Positions 25,513 to 33,069 of a stretch of 62,075 nt of DNA are shown here, piece by piece. The stretch is from Thermoplasmatales archaeon (GTDB taxonomy: Archaea; Thermoplasmatota; Thermoplasmata; Thermoplasmatales; GCA-001856825). Each line of letters opens with the position of its first letter. Positions within the stretch are counted from its first letter, which is position 1. The notes under the pieces are model-generated. The model did no database searches. It was given only the letters and a program-made list of their open reading frames with translations, and was not told where the DNA came from. Both the position numbers and the translations under genes were made by a program. Location: positions 1 through 62,075 of the forward strand of contig JAVYOD010000002.1 in assembly GCA_038734825.1 (NCBI GenBank). Direction: 5' to 3'.

Positions 25513-26217
25513 TCACCCTGGTATTGTTGTTATTGATGTGGTAGTGGTTGTTATTGCTTGACCGCCTGAAAGATCCGAAGTGTGACCGTATATCGTTGGC
25601 CCTACCATCATAGTGGCACTATACGTATCTTTAGATGAATCATATGAAAGAACGAGGCTTGGGAGTGGATGTGTAGTCGGACCAGTTACGACAGAAAATC
25701 CTGCATACGGATCGTATGTGCTCCCGTGACAGTCGCAGTGTATTTTTCCGGGAAAAGTGCTAGATGAGGGTGGGTGGTACCTTATCTCCGGCGGTATGCA
25801 GCCCAAATGCTGGCAAATAGCAGATGATGCTACGACAGATCCGTATGGACCAACTCCAGGCGGTGATTTGTATGTTTGCCCTGTTGCAGGAATTTTAACC
25901 AACACTGAATCTATCTTCACGTCCTTTCCTGAGGCGTCTCCGAGCCTGAGCAGGAAATTAGGTTCGTTTTTCAGAGGATAATAAAACTCGACTATCTGAG
26001 GGTTATTCACAACGAGGTCAGTAGTGTGAACGGGGTTCCCGTTAGGGAGTGTCAGCAAAAGGGTTGGGAATGAGGTTTCAGTCTGGACTGGCGCAGGTAA
26101 CACATTCTGCACAACACTTCTTAGTGTTCCTGCAATTCCGGCACCTATGATAAGAATACCCATAATCTTCAAGAAATTTCTTTTCTGCTCGTCCTTAGGA
26201 TTATCTTGTTCCCCCAA
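25513..26217 (-). CDS. Rieske [2Fe-2S] protein
   Basis: Cluster boxes CQHLGC and CDCHGS. N-terminal Tat-like signal QKRNFLKIMGILIIGAGIAG. Thr-rich C-terminal tail TTTTTSITTIPG. Confidence 0.9.
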   Translation of the reverse strand: MGEQDNPKDEQKRNFLKIMGILIIGAGIAGTLRSVVQNVLPAPVQTETSFPTLLLTLPNGNPVHTTDLVVNNPQIVEFYYPLKNEPNFLLRLGDASGKDVKIDSVLVKIPATGQTYKSPPGVGPYGSVVASSAICQHLGCIPPEIRYHPPSSSTFPGKIHCDCHGSTYDPYAGFSVVTGPTTHPLPSLVLSYDSSKDTYSATMMVGPTIYGHTSDLSGGQAITTTTTSITTIPG

Positions 26218-26228
26218 GTCTTCCCACC

Positions 26229-26975
26229 TTACGAAACCACGTCAACTACGCCGGTCATCCATCCTGCTGTGGCCATTGCTCCGCCCCATCCATTTAGCTC
26301 ATATCCACAAGGAACGAAACATTGCCAAGTATAGGTACCTGTGTTGTTCAGATAGAAATGGGCAACTGTTATTGCACCCCCAGACGGATTAGAACCAGCA
26401 TACGTAGGTATGTTCAGAAGAATCGAACCGTCATTGAGGATTGTAAATGTATGCGTAACCTCCCATCCGCCTAGTGTAGCATTCCACGGAAGTGAAGATA
26501 CAGCCCATCCTTGCCCGTGCGATATTGTTATATTATCCGAGGAATTTCCGGAAAGAGTTGCGTTTATATATTGAGAAGAGCCATTGTAAATGTACTCAAC
26601 GCCTCCGACAGTGCCTATGACCTTTGCGTAAGTGGAATTATTTGAAGTTCCATTAGGACCAATATTGCTAGTGACACCTGAATCGTAATCTGCAATTACA
26701 ATAGTAATTAGTTCGTGAGCTGGAAGCTTAATTAAGGCAGATGACTCTAGTTCTCCGTTGGGACCGACAACGAAGTAAGCGGGTTGCCTGTGATGTATCG
26801 TTGAGTTATTGAACCAGTTATTTGGCGAGATTACTAAGAACAATGTTGTGCTGGGCTGTGTTATCTTAGCAGTTGACTGGGACGATACTTCTTTGTAGTA
26901 AGCGGCTCCTATTCCGATGCCACCGATGATTACAATTGCAGCTATAATGGAGTAGAGAGCTTTTTCCGATAACAT
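26229..26975 (-). CDS. Membrane-anchored cupredoxin-fold protein with CuA-like (CoxII-like) but incomplete metal motif
   Basis: N-terminal signal anchor. VTHTF ... GTYTWQCFVPCG aligns in spacing with the CoxII pattern H...G-x-Y-x-x-x-C-x-x-x-C-G. The distal His is absent (CGYELNGWGGAM). Many NxS/T sequons. Confidence 0.55.
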   Translation of the reverse strand: MLSEKALYSIIAAIVIIGGIGIGAAYYKEVSSQSTAKITQPSTTLFLVISPNNWFNNSTIHHRQPAYFVVGPNGELESSALIKLPAHELITIVIADYDSGVTSNIGPNGTSNNSTYAKVIGTVGGVEYIYNGSSQYINATLSGNSSDNITISHGQGWAVSSLPWNATLGGWEVTHTFTILNDGSILLNIPTYAGSNPSGGAITVAHFYLNNTGTYTWQCFVPCGYELNGWGGAMATAGWMTGVVDVVS

Positions 26976-27090
26976 AGCTGCTTTAATAATACCTGTGGTA
27001 TAAATCTTGCTTCAATTTAACCATAATTAATATAATTCAATGAAAATTGTTAGGCTAAACATATCAATTTTAATATAACTATGAATACCG

Positions 27091-27762
27091 CTACTTTTTA
27101 CATCCCTCACACCATAAATAAAAATCAAGAAATGAGATCTCTTCCCTCAGCAGTATAACTTCAATGTTCGAGAGAGCTACCTTTCTCTTTTTATCATAAG
27201 GGATGTTTTGCATATCGGTCACTTTCTTAATAACTTCACCCATCGCATTATCCGCACCTACTTCTATTCCGACTGGCTCTAAACGCTCTCCAGACACATT
27301 CAGCTTTGCAGGAATATTAACAGAGCCTAAAAATAAAATAGGTTCCTCATCATTGAGGACAAGTTTTGTGTTTTCAGAGTAGAAAACAACGTCTGCGAGT
27401 AGTGAAAGTGATACACCATTATTGATGGCAGAACCATTTATTGCCGTAAATATAGGTTTTTCAAGAGATGTCCAGAAGAGGACTAGGCTCATTATCCTTT
27501 TAAAGTAATCCCTCAGGTCTGCATATGTCCTGTTTTGGGGAAGTGACAACCCCTTTGAAAAAATGTAATTTGTGCCAGTGAGCAGTACCGATTTTATATT
27601 ATCATCCACAGCTGCGATTGAAAGTATCTTTATGAGCTCATCTAAGAGATCATTGTCAATTAAACCAGGGGACAGGATGGTTATTATACCTGTATTACCC
27701 TCTCTCCAAAACGATGTTTTTTTGAATCCGTCAACACTCGGCGCGGATGCTATATTTGGCAT
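27091..27762 (-). CDS. Divergent crotonase-fold (enoyl-CoA hydratase/isomerase-like) protein
   Basis: ...IKSVLLTGTNYIFSKGLSL... and ...KPIFTAINGSAINNG... resemble the crotonase scaffold, but the usual G-x-A-x-GGG oxyanion segment is altered. Confidence 0.4.
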   Translation of the reverse strand: MPNIASAPSVDGFKKTSFWREGNTGIITILSPGLIDNDLLDELIKILSIAAVDDNIKSVLLTGTNYIFSKGLSLPQNRTYADLRDYFKRIMSLVLFWTSLEKPIFTAINGSAINNGVSLSLLADVVFYSENTKLVLNDEEPILFLGSVNIPAKLNVSGERLEPVGIEVGADNAMGEVIKKVTDMQNIPYDKKRKVALSNIEVILLREEISFLDFYLWCEGCKK

Positions 27763-27887
27763 GGCTCAATACTCCGTATTGTTAATATTTAATCGCCTAA
27801 AGCATTTTCCATTCTTTTCATCTACGTCAGGCAAAAGCTTTAAGAATTTATTACACAACCTAAAATATTTCTTTATCTTATTTTTGG

Positions 27888-28736
27888 TCAATCTTCACGT
27901 ACTAGAATCTTTGCCGCAATTACTCCTGAGAAGTATAGAACAATTATTATTAAAGCAATGGTTGTCTCCATTATACCACCAGTTGCACCGGGGGAGATAA
28001 TCAGTGCAATAAAAAATGCGGCTATAACTGCATATCTCCAATTTTTAACCCAGGTTGAAACAGGCACAATCCTGAGGTATGAAAGTGAAAAAACAACGAC
28101 AGGTGTTTCGAAGACAGCTCCCATTCCTATGGTTATAAGGAGTACTATTGAGACAAACTGGGCTATTCCAATGGTAGGTTCAACACCCAGGTCTAAGGCA
28201 AATTTGTAAATAACGTCCATTAGCAATGGCACAACTAACTTTAATGAAAAGGTAGCACCTGCAACGAATAACATCAACACAGGTACGACAGATGATACGA
28301 TCACCTTCTTCTCCTTTCCGTACAGTCCGGGTTCAGAGAATTTTATCAGTTGATATACCAATATGGGAATCACGATGGCAGCAGAAACTGATAAGGAAAC
28401 ATAAACGACGCTCACCACTATATCGAAGGGAGATACGTTGATCAATATGAGTTTAGGAGGGATAAGATTGCTTTCCATATACCTCAGCAGATGTACTGAA
28501 AAACTACCGTAAAATGAAGGAAATGGGTAGTATAATCTGAATCCTTTAAATTCGAAAGGTACAGGGCCAAAGACAAACATGAAGAAAAATATAATTATAA
28601 ATAAGATGAGGGTAATTCGTATTCTTGCGAGAAGTTCATCTATATACTGAAACAACTTCCCCCCGAGAGGCCTTTCAGACTCAGTCATTTGTTTATGCCT
28701 GATTGTCTTTCGTATTAAAATATTCCTTATTAGCAC
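27888..28736 (-). CDS. tatC: Sec-independent (Tat) translocase protein TatC
   Basis: Six hydrophobic helices preceded by ...YIDELLARIRITL.... The likely true start is the internal ATG at 28688 (MTESERPL...). Confidence 0.85.
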   Translation of the reverse strand: MLIRNILIRKTIRHKQMTESERPLGGKLFQYIDELLARIRITLILFIIIFFFMFVFGPVPFEFKGFRLYYPFPSFYGSFSVHLLRYMESNLIPPKLILINVSPFDIVVSVVYVSLSVSAAIVIPILVYQLIKFSEPGLYGKEKKVIVSSVVPVLMLFVAGATFSLKLVVPLLMDVIYKFALDLGVEPTIGIAQFVSIVLLITIGMGAVFETPVVVFSLSYLRIVPVSTWVKNWRYAVIAAFFIALIISPGATGGIMETTIALIIIVLYFSGVIAAKILVRED

Positions 28737-28861
28737 ATCACTAGCTAACGTCCCCTAGCCCATCAATAAATTGTATATTTTACAGTATTCTTGATGCATT
28801 GAAAATAACCTCTAACAAAATGTATTGATAAACCTTAAGTTTAGTTCGTTATGTTAGCATA

Positions 28862-29476
28862 ATGGAGAAAAAAATTATAGTTGCGCTCGATGTCAATATA
28901 AAAAAGGCTGTAGAAATCGCTTCTGAAGTTCAGGAAGATGTATACGCATTCAAAGTTGGTTATCCTTTAATTCTGGAACGAGGATTAGATGCTCTGAAAG
29001 AAATATCCTCGTATGGAAAAGTTATTGCAGACTTGAAAATTTCTGATATCCCTGATGTATCTGCAAGGATCGCAGGTCAGCTTACTTCCAATGGTGCTGC
29101 AGGAGTAATTGTTCACGGATTTGTGGGAAGAGATGTCGTTAGAGAGTGCAGGAGGGTTAGTAGAGAGATTTACGTAGTAGCAGAGATGAGCCATAACGGT
29201 AGCCTTGAATTTATCTCAGTTCACTCTGAGGAAATAGCAAAGATGGCAAAGGAAGAGGGGGCAGACGGAATTGTGGCACCAGCGACCCGACCAGAGAGAA
29301 TCAGAATCCTCAAGGAAATATCTGGACTTAAGGTAATTTCACCTGGGGTTGGAGCACAAGGGGGGAGCTATAGGGATGCAATTGAAAACGGTGCTGATTA
29401 TGTTATAATAGGCAGAAGCATTACCATGGCTGATAACCCGAGAGATATCATAAAAAAGATTATTGCGGGAAAGTGA
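28862..29476 (+). CDS. pyrF: Orotidine 5'-phosphate decarboxylase
   Basis: KIIVALDV, DLKISDIPD and IIGRSI motifs. 204 aa. Confidence 0.9.
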   Translation: MEKKIIVALDVNIKKAVEIASEVQEDVYAFKVGYPLILERGLDALKEISSYGKVIADLKISDIPDVSARIAGQLTSNGAAGVIVHGFVGRDVVRECRRVSREIYVVAEMSHNGSLEFISVHSEEIAKMAKEEGADGIVAPATRPERIRILKEISGLKVISPGVGAQGGSYRDAIENGADYVIIGRSITMADNPRDIIKKIIAGK

Positions 29477-30654
29477 AATATATGTATCTCACGAGAGAGG
29501 AAGAGAAGATATACGAAGGTGAGGCCGGGGAGGCAAGGAAAGTGTCAATTAGACTTCTTGTCGCCCTGGGCGAGCTAGGTGGTGCTGATAAACTTATCCC
29601 TATTAAGTCAGCACATATATCGGGTGTTTCCTACAAGAATATTGGTGACGGAGGTATACAGTTTCTTAGAAGAATTAAAGAAAGAGTCTCAGTTCCTACT
29701 ACATTGAATCCGCTTGGCTTTGATATTGAGAACGGTGGTCCTGTAGATATAGATGAAAAATTCAGGGTGAAACAGATGGAGATTGTTGATTTATATAGGG
29801 ATATGGGCATCATAGAGAGTTTCACATGCACACCTTATTATTTCTACAACGAACCATCCTTCGGAGATCACTTGGCCTGGGCGGAAAGCTCAGCAATAAT
29901 ATACGCGAATTCCCTAATAGGTGCCAGAACTAATAGAGAGTCTGGCCCATCTGCATTGGCTTCCGCTATATTGGGGAAAACGCCTGACCACGGACTTCAC
30001 AGGACGGAAAACAGGAAGCCACAGATTATCGTCAACGTAACCACCCAGCTTGATTATACTGGCTTTGCCGCACTGGGGCTATATCTGGGTCCAATTCTGA
30101 GAACGAAAATACCATTCATAAAGGTACCAAACGGCGCTAAGCCCGTTGAAGTCAAGGCACTATCAGCTGCACTTTCTGCAACGTCTTCTATACCGATGTT
30201 CCATATGGATGGAGTTACACCGGAGTCTTCGATTCCTTTTGAAACAGGTGAAACAATGGATATTGACAGGTCTGTTATTGATGAGACATTAGAGAAGAAT
30301 TCGTCACAAACGGAGCCAGATCTCATAGCTATAGGGTGCCCCCACCTGTCCCCAGAAGAAATAGAATTCATAGCGAGCAAGGTAAAGGGAAAAAAGAAAA
30401 CAGGACCAGATTTCTTTCTTTTCACATCAAGGGAGGTTAAGAAAAGGGAGGCTGATTCAGTAAAAATCATAGAGGACTTCGGGGGAAAGGTCCTAACTGA
30501 TACATGCATGGTAGTATCGCCCCTCAGCAATAAATATTCTAGTACAGGAACGAACTCGGGTAAAGCGAGTTTCTATCTTCCCTTGAAGGGATACGGAAAT
30601 CAAAAGGTCACATTCATGGCAATCATTGACCTTCTCAAATGGGTGATCGCGTGA
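29473..30654 (+). CDS. Aconitase X catalytic (large) subunit, DUF521 family
   Basis: N-terminus ...YLTREEEKIYEGEAGEARKVSIRLLVALGELGGADKLIPIKSAHISGVSY is characteristic of DUF521/AcnX. The probable start is ATG 29482. Confidence 0.8.
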   Translation: MKYMYLTREEEKIYEGEAGEARKVSIRLLVALGELGGADKLIPIKSAHISGVSYKNIGDGGIQFLRRIKERVSVPTTLNPLGFDIENGGPVDIDEKFRVKQMEIVDLYRDMGIIESFTCTPYYFYNEPSFGDHLAWAESSAIIYANSLIGARTNRESGPSALASAILGKTPDHGLHRTENRKPQIIVNVTTQLDYTGFAALGLYLGPILRTKIPFIKVPNGAKPVEVKALSAALSATSSIPMFHMDGVTPESSIPFETGETMDIDRSVIDETLEKNSSQTEPDLIAIGCPHLSPEEIEFIASKVKGKKKTGPDFFLFTSREVKKREADSVKIIEDFGGKVLTDTCMVVSPLSNKYSSTGTNSGKASFYLPLKGYGNQKVTFMAIIDLLKWVIA

Positions 30655-31436
30655 TAAAGGGCAGGGGACTATCACCAGGACTTGCGTCTGCTAAAGCTGT
30701 AGTGTGCGATCAATACATTTCGCCTTTGGGCGAACTTGGCCTAGATGGCTACATCTCTGCAGGTCCGTGCGAAGGTAGCCTGGTATCCGGTAAGATCTTC
30801 ATTTTCCGGGGAGGAAGAGGTTCGACTGTCGGTTCTTATATTTTTTTGCAGCTGAAGGAAAGCGGGAAAGCACCTGCTGGAATAATAAATGAATTGGGTG
30901 AGCAGATCGTAGTAACAGGGGCAATCATTTCCGATTTACCAATGGTTGATTTAATGCCAATAGACATATTTGTAAATGGAGATACAGTTACTGTAAATGG
31001 TTCCACAGGTGAAGTAAAAATAGAAAATGTAGAGGAGAAAATGGTCGCAACCGCATACGTGGTCAGAAATGGAAGGCTCCTTGTAATGAAAAGATCTGAT
31101 TCAGCACCAACATATGCAGGTATGTACGGAGGGGTTTCTGGGTATATCGAGGAGGGAGAACATCCTGAGGACACAGCACGAAGGGAAGTTGCGGAGGAAG
31201 CATCGCTAACAGACCTAAAGCTCCTGGAAATAGGAAAGGAGGTTCAGGTCAGATACGGCCAGACTCTATTTAGGATCACACCTGTTCTTATGAGCTCGGT
31301 CTCTGGTGATGTCAAGCTTAACTATGAAAATTCATCTTATTTTTGGGTAACTCGCGATGAGCTCCAGGGACTAGAAACAGTACCAAAATTCAAGGAGGTA
31401 TTTGATTCACTCCTCAATTCAAAATCCCTAAAATAA
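30639..31436 (+). CDS. Aconitase X swivel (small subunit, DUF126) domain fused to a C-terminal Nudix hydrolase domain
   Basis: Residues 1-130 show the DUF126 pattern (GRGLSPGLASAKAVV...ISPLG...GKIFIFRGGRGSTVGSY...APAGIIN). Residues 134-265 carry a complete Nudix box G-YIEEG-E-HPEDTAR-REVAEEASL (nt 31140-31208). Confidence 0.8.
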   Translation: MGDRVIKGRGLSPGLASAKAVVCDQYISPLGELGLDGYISAGPCEGSLVSGKIFIFRGGRGSTVGSYIFLQLKESGKAPAGIINELGEQIVVTGAIISDLPMVDLMPIDIFVNGDTVTVNGSTGEVKIENVEEKMVATAYVVRNGRLLVMKRSDSAPTYAGMYGGVSGYIEEGEHPEDTARREVAEEASLTDLKLLEIGKEVQVRYGQTLFRITPVLMSSVSGDVKLNYENSSYFWVTRDELQGLETVPKFKEVFDSLLNSKSLK

Positions 31437-31439
31437 AAT

Positions 31440-32747
31440 ATGATGAAAAATTACCTCTCTATGCATATCAGGGAGGTTCTTGACGATAAATATGTCTCAA
31501 AATCAGTAACAATTAGGGGCTGGATCTACAGGGCAAGAGAATCAGGAAGCCTTGTATTCCTCGTGGTAAGGGATTCAACCGATATAATTCAAGTTGTTGT
31601 AGAAAAAGGATCTGTAACACCTGAGGAATTTGATAATGCAAAGAAGGCAACCATAGAAAGTTCCCTTGAGGTAACTGGTATCTGTGTAAAAGAAAAGAAA
31701 GCGGTCACCGGTTACGAAATTCATGCTTCTAAAATAGTTTTTTATCAAATTGCCGAGACATTTCCCATAACGAAGGACAAGAGCGATGAATTTCTCCTAG
31801 ATATAAGACATCTATGGCTCAGAAGCAGAGAGATGACTGCTACGCTAAAGATAAGGGAATCCGTGCTTAGCTTTATAAGGACTTTCATGAAGGAGAAGGG
31901 GTATCATGAGGTCCAACCTCCGATGTTCGTCGGGGCATCTGTCGAGGGGGGCTCAACCCTATTCGAGGTTCCGTATTTTGGTGAGAAGGCATACCTTACC
32001 CAGTCATCGCAATTCTACCTTGAAGCATTCATATTCTCTCTTGAAAATGTGTATACCATATCCCCATCATTTAGGGCCGAAAAATCTAGAACAAGGAGGC
32101 ACGTTACTGAATTTACTCACTATGAAGCAGAGGCTGCCTGGGTTAATAACAGCGGTATGATGGATCTAGAGGAGGAACTTATTGTTTACATAGCCGAGAA
32201 CCTGGTTACGAGTGTTAGAGATGAGCTTGAAATTCTAAAGAGAGATATCAATAAACTCAAGGCGATCGAGAAACCTTTTTATAAATACAGATACGAAAAG
32301 GTGCTAGAAATAGGTAGAGAGAAAGGTCTAGCCCTGGGGGAGTATGTGGATCTTGGTGAGAAGGAAGAGAGGATAATAACTCAGGATTTCGACAAGCCCA
32401 TATTTATTTACAATTTCCCGACATCCCTGAAGCCCTTTTACCACAGACCTGACCCTGAGGACAGAAACCATGTCTTAAATCATGATCTTTTAGCACCGGA
32501 AGGCTACGGAGAAATAATAGGTGGAGGGGAGAGAATATGGAATAAGGATGAGTTGATTTCTAGGATTAAGGAAGAAAATCTGAGGGTTGAAGATTATCAG
32601 TGGTACATCGATCTCAGAAGTTATGGAAGTGTCCCGCATTCCGGATTCGGACTTGGCATAGACAGAATGGTAACGTGGCTAACCGGTTTAGATCATATAA
32701 ATAAGGTGATAGCGTTTCCCAGAACCATCAGGAGGCTGCGGCCTTAA
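31440..32747 (+). CDS. asnS: Asparaginyl-tRNA synthetase
   Basis: Class IIb core with FRAEKSRTRRHVTEFTHYEAE and the AsnRS-type WYIDLRSYGSVPHSGFGLGIDR. N-terminal OB anticodon-binding domain. Confidence 0.82.
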   Translation: MMKNYLSMHIREVLDDKYVSKSVTIRGWIYRARESGSLVFLVVRDSTDIIQVVVEKGSVTPEEFDNAKKATIESSLEVTGICVKEKKAVTGYEIHASKIVFYQIAETFPITKDKSDEFLLDIRHLWLRSREMTATLKIRESVLSFIRTFMKEKGYHEVQPPMFVGASVEGGSTLFEVPYFGEKAYLTQSSQFYLEAFIFSLENVYTISPSFRAEKSRTRRHVTEFTHYEAEAAWVNNSGMMDLEEELIVYIAENLVTSVRDELEILKRDINKLKAIEKPFYKYRYEKVLEIGREKGLALGEYVDLGEKEERIITQDFDKPIFIYNFPTSLKPFYHRPDPEDRNHVLNHDLLAPEGYGEIIGGGERIWNKDELISRIKEENLRVEDYQWYIDLRSYGSVPHSGFGLGIDRMVTWLTGLDHINKVIAFPRTIRRLRP

Positions 32748-32794
32748 TTAGCTATTTGATTTAAAATTATTTTTATCACAGTTAAGCATGGTTA

Positions 32795-33046
32795 GTGGTG
32801 AGGTGTGTTTTCTCAGACCTTAAAGGGGTATGTCATTACAAGTATCCCGGTTACAGATGCATTGAGGAAGAATGTGATGTTTGGGGTATTTTCAACGCAA
32901 TGGAAAATGAATGCGTATATCTAGATAACAAAGGGTGCTGGAAGTTAAATCTCCTCGCATGTAAGGGAAGGGAAAATTGCGTGTATTTTAGGGAGCACTT
33001 TGATAATCCAAATGAGGTCAGAAGATCGAAAGAAAATGAAAAATGA
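32795..33046 (+). CDS. Small cysteine-rich protein, unknown function
   Basis: 83 aa with 8 Cys. GTG start. It sits directly upstream of the NMD3 homologue on the same strand. Coding status is not proven. Confidence 0.4.
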   Translation: MVRCVFSDLKGVCHYKYPGYRCIEEECDVWGIFNAMENECVYLDNKGCWKLNLLACKGRENCVYFREHFDNPNEVRRSKENEK

Positions 33047-33069
33047 TTTAACTCTTAATTTAATTAAAG

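Noticed and set aside
26229-26975. I first wanted to call the cupredoxin gene sulfocyanin (a blue copper protein), because of its position before Rieske and cytochrome b.
   Set aside because: No His follows the cysteine(s), so the type-1 C-x(n)-H-x(n)-M ligand set is absent. The spacing matches a CuA-like CxxxCG motif instead. I kept only a generic cupredoxin/CuA-like call.
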